A stretch of DNA of 37,806 bases from an uncultured Desulfobacteraceae bacterium (GCA_964440555.1 CAYTSY010000012.1:1-37806); one strand, 5' to 3'; shown: positions 24,765 through 33,377, numbered from the stretch's first letter. The notes: generated from the sequence alone by a model not told the origin. Program-made: numbers and translations.

Positions 24765-26516
24765 TCAGGGCGCGATGCTTGCAGCCCGAAACCCGAAGTA
24801 GGGCGCCACATAGGTCGGAGGTCTAAGCATCCGTTCATAACAGCGCAGAAAAACATCCCCGTATGTATAGGCGCCCCCCCGTCTTACCCGGTAAAAATTC
24901 GGGTGCGAATCCGGTCCCCGGGGATTGACAATTCCGTCCCAGGCCCAACTGTAATCATTCGAGCCGAAATCCCAGGTCCACTCCCAAACGTTTCCTGTCA
25001 TATCATACAGGCCGAAACCGTTTGGCGGGTAAATGCCCACCGAAACCGATCTTCCCATGTTGAAATTGGCGTTGGCGGTCCCCCCCAGGTCATCTCCCCA
25101 GGGATACCGTTTTCCTGTCAGGCCGCCGCGGGTCGCCTTTTCCCATTCCGCCTCCGTGGGGAGCCGATATCCGTCAGCATCCCAGTCCACCAATTCGCTG
25201 GTCAGATCGGCTTTTCCTGTCCGGTAAACAGAAGTATGACCGCTATCAGTATAATAGACCTGAGTCCGTCCCTCTTTTTCCGACCGGGCATTGAGCCATT
25301 TCACCACATCATACCAGGTCACGGCGGTTACGGGAAGATTGGTTCCGATGCCGTGGCTTCCGTTCAAACCCGGGTTATCAAACCCGTATCCGTTTACGAT
25401 AGCCCAGTCATATACGGTTTTCCACAGCTCATAGGTGGTTTCATATCGATCAATGTAAAAGGCATCGACAACCACCCGGTGTACGGGAAGAGCGTATGCC
25501 GTACCATCCAGGTTGTCGCCCATCTGAAATTCGCCTGCCGGAATTTCCATCAGTTGATGCACCGGCTTTTGTGCCAGCGGGGTGGCCGATACGGTCGCGG
25601 ATTGCACGCTTTCCCCGTATGAATTTTCCGCAGTCACAAATAGAAAATAGGCTGTTTTGTTCGTCAGGCCGGGGATGGTCACTGGGGAATTGCCGATATC
25701 GGTGATTTTGGTTCCGGTTTCCTTATCCAGGTACAGATCTGTGGCATAATACACGTTATAGGTCCGGGCGTCATTGACAGCAGACCAGGTCAGGGTAATT
25801 TTGCCGTTTCCTTCAACCGCCGTCACATCAGCAGGCGACAGCGGTGGTGGCACGGATAGCGGGATAGCGCTGACTTCAAAGGATGCGGCACTTTCCCCAT
25901 TGGCATTTTCGGCCGTCACCACAAAAAAGTAAGCCGTTTCGTTTAAAAGAGACCCCACCATCTGAGGACTTGCAGCATTGGAAACCTGAACCCCCGTCAA
26001 AGGGGTGACGCCCGGCGCTGTGCCGTAATAAATCGTGTAATTGTTTGCTCCGGTGGAGGCCGACCAGCTTACCCGAATCCGGCCCGACTCGCTTGCAGCC
26101 ACAATATCTCCCGGCGCCGGGGGAGGCGCAGTAGCCGAAGGAATGGCAAAAACTTCGTGAGAAAACGGTCCCTCACCATGCGTATTAACCGATGCGACCG
26201 CGAAATAATAGGTTTTTCCGTTTTGCAAGTCCCTGTGGGTATAGGGGCTGTGCATATCTTCAACCAGTATCCCGTTTTCAAAGGTCACGCCCGGTGTATC
26301 GGCGTAATAAACATTATACGTCTCTGCGTCGGCCACAGGAGACCACCGCAGAATCACTCTGGCATTCCCCGCATCGGCGATGATAGCGCTTGGCGCATCC
26401 GGCAACAGCTCATTTGCGACAGGTGCGGTTTCATTGCCTCCCCCCCCTCCACACCCTGGGATCCACATCACGCTCAAACAAAAAAGGACAATACGGATAA
26501 GTCTGTTCCCCGGCAT
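24765..26516 (-). CDS. Lipoprotein with three fibronectin-III-like repeats and a C-terminal FGE-sulfatase (SUMF1/PvdO)-fold domain
   Basis: The lipobox is MWIPGC. Three ~90-aa repeats are present (...RWSPVADAETYNVYY..., ...SWSASTGANNYTIYY..., ...TWSAVNDARTYNVYY...). The FGE-fold motifs follow (GEFQMGD, FYIDRYETT, PVTAVTWYD, YRLPTEAEWEKA, GNVWEWTWD, RVRRGGAY). ATG 26516 with a GAGAGGA RBS is preferred over the track start 26570. Confidence 0.8.
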   Translation of the reverse strand: MPGNRLIRIVLFCLSVMWIPGCGGGGGNETAPVANELLPDAPSAIIADAGNARVILRWSPVADAETYNVYYADTPGVTFENGILVEDMHSPYTHRDLQNGKTYYFAVASVNTHGEGPFSHEVFAIPSATAPPPAPGDIVAASESGRIRVSWSASTGANNYTIYYGTAPGVTPLTGVQVSNAASPQMVGSLLNETAYFFVVTAENANGESAASFEVSAIPLSVPPPLSPADVTAVEGNGKITLTWSAVNDARTYNVYYATDLYLDKETGTKITDIGNSPVTIPGLTNKTAYFLFVTAENSYGESVQSATVSATPLAQKPVHQLMEIPAGEFQMGDNLDGTAYALPVHRVVVDAFYIDRYETTYELWKTVYDWAIVNGYGFDNPGLNGSHGIGTNLPVTAVTWYDVVKWLNARSEKEGRTQVYYTDSGHTSVYRTGKADLTSELVDWDADGYRLPTEAEWEKATRGGLTGKRYPWGDDLGGTANANFNMGRSVSVGIYPPNGFGLYDMTGNVWEWTWDFGSNDYSWAWDGIVNPRGPDSHPNFYRVRRGGAYTYGDVFLRCYERMLRPPTYVAPYFGFRAASIAP

Positions 26517-26539
26517 GAATGACTTTATCCTCTCTGATT

Positions 26540-28174
26540 TTACCATAAAGAGATCGCACTGATAAAACAAATATCCGAATTGTGGGAGGGGGTTGATCCC
26601 ACCCCGGGCGCTGCGGGATCTTGTATTTGTCCGTTTTTGACGCCATCCTCATCTTCGGGTCCGCCATCCATCAAGGTGACTTCAATGTAGGTGTAAGGTC
26701 CTCCTTCCGGCATGAGCCGCATCGGAACATCACCCTGACCTCTCCATTCACCGTTGCGGATCTTAAACCAGCTCAGACCGTCTTTGATGGTTCCGTCAGC
26801 ATTTATAAAACTGTCAGGATTATCCGGATCCAATGCATCTTTAGGCGGTATGATCTTAAGAATGGCCTCTCCGCCTACCGGGACATTATTCAACGTAAAA
26901 TCAAATGATCCGATAGGAAGACGAACCGGGTTGCCCATCGTAGCCCGGCCATTATTGCCGTGGATTGCGCCTGAAATCGTGACGCCGTCTGTCGCTTCAA
27001 GTGTGACGAATCCTTTCTTCTGTATCGGGTAATCCGGTTCGGCCGTATCCGGGAGTATCTTTTTGGTGCTCTCCGTACTTGGATCGGCAAAGCCCAGGCT
27101 CATAAGAACCCAGGATGTGCTCATAATTGCGCTGGGATCAAGCCACTCCCCTTTGTACCAGTAGCAGTCGGCTTCCCTGTCATCTGTGGCAACCCTGTCT
27201 GTTTTCATACCCATCATGGCCTGCTTTAAATCCGTAACCCAGTCATTTTCTTGATTCGAGAATTTGTAATCGGCGGGAATAAGGCCTGTCAACCCCTTGG
27301 TCATGCCGTAAATACCGTAATAGTAGGCCTGAAAATTACCATAACCGGCGGTTTCCGTCCATGTATAATTATCGCCAAACCAATTCAGTGCATCATCAAC
27401 CGCCGGATCCGATTTGTCAGTATTGAGCATGGCAAGACACCATAGACCTGCGCCTGTCATGGGCGCGCCTTGAAAGCTGGAGCTGGTTGGGGCGTATTGG
27501 AAAACACCGGTGGCCGACTGGGATGCCCTTACAAAATTCTCGATTGACGCCTCAACATCTGCGGGCAACGGCTCGTCGAGTACGTAATGGTAGGCATACC
27601 ACAGCCCCATGACGGCAAACTGGGTATTGGAAAGATCAGTCCAACTGTCGTCGGCCTCATATCCCCACCCGCCGTTCGCATTCTGACCATTCAGGAGATA
27701 ATCAACCGCCGGCTGGATATAGGTATCTATAAAAACCGGATCCTGGGGATTGACGGAATGATACAGGGAAAGGGCGACAAGCGACAACCCGTTTTCATAG
27801 GTATCGTTATTGTCATATATGCCGCCAGTCTCCCTCTTGTAATCCTTTATCAATTCGATGGCCTTGTCTATTTGTGCTTTATAGAGGGGATCTCTGTATT
27901 TTCCGGTTTCGATAAGGGCCGCTACTGCCGCTGCTGTTCCATTAAGATTATTGGCATAGCTATGATTCAAATAATTGTAATAACCCGTGTCGCCGTCGTC
28001 ATGAAAGTTGTTGAAAAGAAACTGCTGCCCACCGGTCACTGCCGCGGCGACCTGTTCATCCAGGGTCACATCTGAATAACCGCTTACAGGAGTCAAAAAT
28101 AGGGCTGTAATTAAAAAAAATACAACAGCCGTCACACGCCGCTTAAACTTTGTTTTTTGCTTTTCCATGGGCAT
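26540..28174 (-). CDS. Secreted protein with a prenyltransferase/squalene-cyclase-like alpha/alpha-toroid repeat domain and a C-terminal beta domain
   Basis: A signal peptide (VVFFLITALFLTPVSG) is present. Repeats of the type NANGGWGY...LSNTQFAVMGLWYAY follow. The C-terminal domain ends in the acidic motif DGGPEDEDGVKNGQIQDP plus a short hydrophobic tail. Confidence 0.7.
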   Translation of the reverse strand: MPMEKQKTKFKRRVTAVVFFLITALFLTPVSGYSDVTLDEQVAAAVTGGQQFLFNNFHDDGDTGYYNYLNHSYANNLNGTAAAVAALIETGKYRDPLYKAQIDKAIELIKDYKRETGGIYDNNDTYENGLSLVALSLYHSVNPQDPVFIDTYIQPAVDYLLNGQNANGGWGYEADDSWTDLSNTQFAVMGLWYAYHYVLDEPLPADVEASIENFVRASQSATGVFQYAPTSSSFQGAPMTGAGLWCLAMLNTDKSDPAVDDALNWFGDNYTWTETAGYGNFQAYYYGIYGMTKGLTGLIPADYKFSNQENDWVTDLKQAMMGMKTDRVATDDREADCYWYKGEWLDPSAIMSTSWVLMSLGFADPSTESTKKILPDTAEPDYPIQKKGFVTLEATDGVTISGAIHGNNGRATMGNPVRLPIGSFDFTLNNVPVGGEAILKIIPPKDALDPDNPDSFINADGTIKDGLSWFKIRNGEWRGQGDVPMRLMPEGGPYTYIEVTLMDGGPEDEDGVKNGQIQDPAAPGVGSTPSHNSDICFISAISLW

Positions 28175-28233
28175 TCGTCTCCTTAAGTTAATAGAAGTGA
28201 GATTTTATTAATTGAAGTGACTATCATTATTAA

Positions 28234-28262
28234 ATAATATAGATAAGCACAAAAATTGTCAA
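28234..28262 (-). promoter_or_regulatory. Candidate sigma70-type promoter for the two secreted-protein genes
   Basis: On the minus strand, TTGACA (28262-28257) is followed by a 17-nt spacer and TATTAT (28239-28234), about 55 nt upstream of ATG 28174 in an AT-rich spacer. Confidence 0.5.
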
Positions 28263-28440
28263 CGCCAAAACAAATATTTTACATGCATAACCGGGTTCCC
28301 GGTATTTTTTCTTGACCCGTGCACGGCACGGCATGTAACATTGATACAGTAGAATACACAGGATGAGTTTGTTGGATAGAAACCCTAAAAACCGTGTAAC
28401 CCGAGTAAACCGTTTTTTTTAATGAATCAGGAGGCGCACC

Positions 28441-29409
28441 ATGAAAACAGCCATCACGCAAATGCTTCAGATTGCCTACCCCTTTATCGGCGGAACCATG
28501 GCGAATATTTCAAATGCCGAATTCGTCGCCGCAGTTTCCGATGCCGGAGGTCTCGGCATTCTGGCATCCACGCTTTACGATGACCGGGAGAGTTTCAGAA
28601 CCGCATTAAAAACCATCAAGGACAAAACAGACAAGCCCTTTGCCGTCAACCTGAATCTGTTCCCTTCCATGCGGCCCATTGACAACGATGCGCTTATGGA
28701 TGTTTTGCTGGAAGAAGGGGTAAAGACAGTTGAAACCAGCGGCGCACGGGCCCCGGACGACATCATCAACCGCCTTAAACCCGAAGGGGTTAAATTGATG
28801 CATAAATGCGTGGGCGTCAAATATGCCGTAAAAGTAGAAAGGCTGGGGGTGGATGCGGTCACTGTTGTGGGATTTGAAAACGGGGGCGCCACCGGCATGC
28901 TCGATATCACCACGCTGTGTCTGGTTCCGGCAGTTGTCAACGCGGTGCGCGTGCCGGTGATCGGCGGCGGCGGCGTATCCACGGGACGCGGCATTGCCGC
29001 AATTCTGGCCCTCGGCGCCGAAGCCGTCATCATGGGAACCCGGCTGCTTTTGACCGAGGAGTGCCCCATTCATGACAATTTAAAGCAGGCCCTGCTTTCC
29101 GCCACGGAAACCGATACGGCACTGATCCTGCGTTCCATTAAAAATACGCACCGGTGCTGGGTCAATGACACCGTCCTCAAAGTCCAACAGATGGAAAAGG
29201 AAAACGCCGCGCTTGAAGCCCTTTTACCGGTGATTTCCGGAGAAGAATCCCGGAAAATGTATGCGGACGGGGATCTTTCCAGGGGATATATTTCCTGCGG
29301 CCAAGGCGTGGGTCAGATCCATAAGATCATGCCGGTGAAAGAAGTGTTTGCGCAACTGGCTGAAGAGCTCAAATCGGCAAATCAGCGACTGACGCAGGTT
29401 CTCAGTTAA
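28441..29409 (+). CDS. Nitronate monooxygenase / FabK-like FMN-dependent TIM-barrel oxidoreductase
   Basis: GGTMANISNAEFVAAVSDAGGLGILAS and VIGGGGVSTGRGIAAILALGAEAVIMGTR are present. RBS GGAGG lies upstream. Confidence 0.85.
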   Translation: MKTAITQMLQIAYPFIGGTMANISNAEFVAAVSDAGGLGILASTLYDDRESFRTALKTIKDKTDKPFAVNLNLFPSMRPIDNDALMDVLLEEGVKTVETSGARAPDDIINRLKPEGVKLMHKCVGVKYAVKVERLGVDAVTVVGFENGGATGMLDITTLCLVPAVVNAVRVPVIGGGGVSTGRGIAAILALGAEAVIMGTRLLLTEECPIHDNLKQALLSATETDTALILRSIKNTHRCWVNDTVLKVQQMEKENAALEALLPVISGEESRKMYADGDLSRGYISCGQGVGQIHKIMPVKEVFAQLAEELKSANQRLTQVLS

Positions 29410-29410
29410 A

Positions 29411-29527
29411 GACGTGAATCGTGAATCCTGACAAGTTGGCTATCGGGGTCAGACCATCACCCCATACCGGCAAATTTATTTCTCTGTCTATTGCTTGTCA
29501 CGATTTACGGTTTACTCGTCACGATCT
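29411..29527. repeat. Second inverted copy of the CGTGAAT/CACGATT element in the NMO/leuD convergent spacer
   Basis: The left arm is cgtgaat cgtgaat (29413-29426). The right arm is cacgatt tacggtt tactcgt cacgatc (29499-29526). The string cttgtcacgatt is identical to 9485-9496. Confidence 0.85.
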
Positions 29528-30052
29528 TCAGTACTTCCCGTCCGCATATTCCAGCCAGCCTCCGGCCTTGACCAGTGCATAGTCAAACTCGCTGACCGAA
29601 AAGGAGATATCGGCTTGCCTGCCGTTTCCCCTGATTTTCAAAATTCCGTTTTTCAGATCCGTTTCCGCGACCGTGTCCGGCCCCTGGAACGTGGAAAAGA
29701 GCTTGTCGATGGTTTCTGCATCGAGTTCCACCGCCATCATGCCGCAGTTGAACATATTCTGCCTGAATATCCGCGCAAAACTTTCCGCGATGACCAGATT
29801 GATGCCATTCATCTCAAGGGCCCAGGGCGCATGCTCACGGGACGACCCGCACCCGAAATTGGAGCGGGCGATAATTACGGAAGCCCTTTGAATATCGGTT
29901 TTCGGGTCAAACTCTTCCATTTGGAGGTCTTCCAGTAAATGCGGTGTAAGTTCTTCCTTGGTAACGCCGGTCAAATACTTTGCCGGGATGATTTCATCCG
30001 TATTGATGTCGGATCGATCCAGAAAAAGGACCCGCCCGCTGAAATTTTTCAT
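29528..30052 (-). CDS. leuD: 3-isopropylmalate dehydratase (aconitase-family) small subunit
   Basis: GRVLFLDRSDINTDEIIPAKYL and GCGSSREHAPWAL are present. ATG 30052 has a GGGAGGGAGGAG RBS. The track start GTG 30082 lies inside repeat DNA. Confidence 0.88.
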   Translation of the reverse strand: MKNFSGRVLFLDRSDINTDEIIPAKYLTGVTKEELTPHLLEDLQMEEFDPKTDIQRASVIIARSNFGCGSSREHAPWALEMNGINLVIAESFARIFRQNMFNCGMMAVELDAETIDKLFSTFQGPDTVAETDLKNGILKIRGNGRQADISFSVSEFDYALVKAGGWLEYADGKY

Positions 30053-30076
30053 ATCCGTCTCCTCCCTCCCGTCTCC

Positions 30077-30104
30077 AATCACTCCTCACTGATCACTGAT
30101 TACT
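30077..30104. repeat. Four tandem heptamers NNTCACT spanning the leuC stop and the leuC-leuD spacer
   Basis: Read directly: aatcact cctcact gatcact gattact. Confidence 0.75.
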
Positions 30105-31385
30105 CTGAAAAAGCTTCGAGTTGACGATGCGGCCCGCAATGGCCGAGGCCGCCGCCGTGGCCGGGCTCATAAGGTGAATCATGCTGCCTTTTCCCATCCG
30201 GCCGTAAAAGTTCCGGTTGGTGGTGGAGGCGCACACTTCTCCTTCGGCCAGTACGCCGTTGCTCATCCCCAGGCAGGCCCCGCAGGTGGGATTGGTGATG
30301 CAAAATCCGGCATCGGCGAATATCTTCAAAAGCCCTTCTTCCAGGGCCTGATGATACACGCCGGTGGTGGCCGGCGCGAGGATTCCCCGGACCGAGTCGC
30401 TGATTTTTTCACCGGAAAGCACCCGGGCCGCGACCCTGAGATCCTCGATTCTGCCGTTGGTGCAGGATCCGATATATACCTGATCGAGGTTGATCTTCGA
30501 CATTTCCCTTACGGGTCTGACCTGGTCGGGCTTAAAGTCAACGGTCGCCAGCGGCTCAAGCATGCTCACATCATGATCGATCACGGCATCGTATTCGCAA
30601 TCCGCGTCCGAAACATACTGCCGGTATGCTGCAAGGGCCGTGTCCCTGGTGTTAAATTCGTTTTGAATGAATGGCCAGAGGTAGTCCACCGTGGTTTTAT
30701 CCGGAAGGCAGATCCCGGATGTTCCCCCGGCCTCGATGGCCATGTTGCATAAGGTCATCCGGGCCTCCATGCTCATGACGCCGATCACCGGCCCTGTAAA
30801 TTCAATGACCCGGTCGGTTGCGCCGTTGACCCCGATGCGGCTGATGACGGAAAGAATCACGTCCTTGGCAAACACCCCTTCGGGCAATTCACCTGTCAGA
30901 TGGATGCGAAGGGTCTTCGGGCTTTTAAACGCACAGACGCCTTTTAAAATGCCTACTTCAAGATCCGTGGTGCCCACGCCCGCGGCAAAGGCCCCGAATG
31001 CGCCGTGGGTGCAGGTGTGGGAATCGCCCATGATGATGGTATAACCGGGCCGGACAAATCCTTTTTCCGGAAAAATGGCATGGCAGACCCCGTTTCGGCC
31101 GATATCAAAGAAGTCCTTTATCCCGTTGCGCCTCACCCATTGCCGCAGGATTTTCCCCTGCAGGGCCGTGGCCGAATCTTTCGCCGGAGACACATGATCG
31201 ATCACCGCCTTGATCCGGCCGGGGTCAAATACCCGGTCTTTGCCGCGGCGGATCAGATCGTTAATGGCGATGGGAGTGGTAATCTCATGGCAAAATACCG
31301 CATCGAGCGACAACACATACATGTCGTCTGCGGGCCGGTCCACACAATGGGCGTCGAATATTTTCTGAGCAATGGTTTTTCCCAT
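30093..31385 (-). CDS. leuC: 3-isopropylmalate dehydratase (aconitase-family) large subunit
   Basis: MGKTIAQKIFDAH, GDSHTCTHGAFGAFAAGVGTTD, IGSCTNGRIEDL and the CGACLG cluster ligands are present. The ORF opens at TTG 31403, but ATG 31385 is more likely the start. Confidence 0.9.
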   Translation of the reverse strand: MGKTIAQKIFDAHCVDRPADDMYVLSLDAVFCHEITTPIAINDLIRRGKDRVFDPGRIKAVIDHVSPAKDSATALQGKILRQWVRRNGIKDFFDIGRNGVCHAIFPEKGFVRPGYTIIMGDSHTCTHGAFGAFAAGVGTTDLEVGILKGVCAFKSPKTLRIHLTGELPEGVFAKDVILSVISRIGVNGATDRVIEFTGPVIGVMSMEARMTLCNMAIEAGGTSGICLPDKTTVDYLWPFIQNEFNTRDTALAAYRQYVSDADCEYDAVIDHDVSMLEPLATVDFKPDQVRPVREMSKINLDQVYIGSCTNGRIEDLRVAARVLSGEKISDSVRGILAPATTGVYHQALEEGLLKIFADAGFCITNPTCGACLGMSNGVLAEGEVCASTTNRNFYGRMGKGSMIHLMSPATAAASAIAGRIVNSKLFQSNQ

Positions 31386-31422
31386 AACGGCTCCAGTCTT
31401 CAACGTTGGTTACATACCACAA

Positions 31423-31475
31423 GCACACGAAGCCAAAGAATACAACTTTTAAGTCCCTTCGTGCTCTTCGTGTCC
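31423..31475. repeat. Inverted repeat CACGAAG / CTTCGTG (right arm duplicated) in the lepA-leuC spacer
   Basis: gcacacgaag at 31423-31432 pairs with cttcgtg at 31457-31463 or 31466-31472. Confidence 0.7.
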
Positions 31476-31492
31476 GCGGTAAAAATAAGTTG

Positions 31493-33289
31493 CTACTCCG
31501 AATCGGTCTTGAGAACCGCCAGGAAAGCCGACTGGGGGATCATCACCTGCCCCACCATTTTCATTCGTTTCTTTCCTTTTTTTTGCTTTTCCAGCAGTTT
31601 CCGTTTTCGGGTGATATCCCCGCCGTAGCATTTCGCCGTCACATCTTTTCTCAAGGCCGAGACGGTTTCCCTGGAAATAATGTTCCCGCCGATGGCCCCC
31701 TGGATGGCGATTTTAAACAACTGCCGGGGAATTTCTTCCTTTAATTTTTCGCAGGCAATTCTGCCCCGGGACACGGCGTTGTCCTTATGAACCAGTTGAC
31801 TTAATGCGTCCACGCGATCGCCGTTGATCAGGATATCGAGTTTCGCCAGGTCGGTTTGCCGGAAATCGATGATATCGTAGTCAAAAGAACCGTATCCCTG
31901 GGTGATGGATTTGAGCTTGTCGTAAAAATCATACACCACTTCGGCCAGCGGCAGTTCAAAGATCATTTCCAGGCGGTCGCTGGTCAGGTACTGGTAGTTT
32001 TTATTGATGCCCCGGCGATCCAGACAAAGCTTCATGACCGCGCCCATGTATCGATCCGGCACGATAATGGAAGCCCGTATAAAGGGCTCCCGGGCGTATT
32101 GTATCTTTGTGGGGTCCGGATACAGGGCGGGATTGTCGATGGTCGTCTCCGATCCGTCATTCATGACGAGTTGGTATTGGACCGAAGGGGCCGTTAAAAT
32201 CAACGACAGATCGAATTCACGCTCAAGACGCTCCTGAACCACCTCCAGATGAAGCAGCCCCAGGAACCCGCAGCGAAAGCCGAAGCCCAAGGCAGCGGAG
32301 CTGTCTTTTTCATAAATCAGTGAAGCATCGTTTAGCTTGAGTTTTTCCAATCCAACAGCCAGGTCTTCGTAGCCGTCCGACGCCACCGGGTAGATGGATG
32401 AAAATACCACGGGCTTGGATTCCCTGAATCCGGCCAGCGGCGCGTCGCAGGGGTTGTTTTTCAAGGTCACCGTGTCTCCGCATCGCGTATCGCTGACCGT
32501 CTTGATGCCCGCAATGATGTACCCCACCTCTCCGGCGGAAAGTTTTTTCTGGGGGACGCGGATCAACCTGAAAAAACCCACCTCTTCGACCTTGTAGGAG
32601 GCGTCGTTATACATAAATCGGAGTATGTCGCCGGGTTTGATTTCTCCGTCAATAAGCCGGATATAGACGATGGTGCCCCGAAAAGCATCATAATGGGAAT
32701 CAAATATCAGGGCTTTCAACGGTTTGTCCGGATTCCCCGAGGGCGGCGGCAGCCGCTTGACAACGCCTTCCAGCACCTCCCGGATGCCGATGCCTTCCTT
32801 GGCGGATGCCAGAATGGCCGATTCCGCATCAAGGCCGAGATCTTCTTCAATCTGGCCTTTTACCCTCTCGATATCTGCGGAAGGCAGATCGATCTTGTTG
32901 ATGACCGGGATGATTTCCAGATTATGCTCCATGGCCAGATACAGGTTGGCCAGGGTCTGGGCTTCCACTCCCTGACTCGCGTCGATCAACAGCAAGGCCC
33001 CTTCGCAGGAAGCCAGGGCACGGGAAACCTCGTAGGTAAAATCAACATGGCCCGGCGTATCGATCAAGTTCAATAAATAGGACTGGCCATCCACGGCCAG
33101 ATACGGAAGGCACACGGTCTGGCTCTTGATGGTAATGCCGCGTTCCCGTTCAATATCCATAGTGTCGAGGATGTGATCCTTGAAATCACGTACCGAGACA
33201 ATGTCTGCAAACTAAATCAGACGATCGGTCAATGTGTATTTACCAGGATGGATGTGGGCTATTATGCTGAAATTTCGTATATGTTTCAT
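31493..33289 (-). pseudogene. lepA: Elongation factor 4 (LepA) interrupted by an in-frame TAG (33212-33214), with a non-canonical P-loop
   Basis: ORFs 33212..33394 (...MKHIRNFSIIAHIHPGKYTLTDRLI*) and 31493..33160 ([12 protein letters not shown]...DTPGHVDF...INKIDLP...) are in the same frame. They are joined by 17 sense codons. Together they give a 598-codon LepA-length reading frame with a single internal stop. Confidence 0.6.
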
Positions 33290-33377
33290 ATTCACAGGGT
33301 GGTAAAAAAAGCGTGCACGCCAATTTAAACACGTTAAACAAATTAACAGATCAGGGCCAAAACCGTTGAAAAGCCGG

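Noticed and set aside
33212-33214. In-frame TAG in lepA as a pyrrolysine codon.
   Set aside because: No pyl genes or PYLIS-like context are visible in the window. The position aligns to an ordinary Gln/Glu, and the adjacent P-loop is itself degenerate. A nonsense mutation or sequence error is more parsimonious. It is kept as a finding, but not as recoding.
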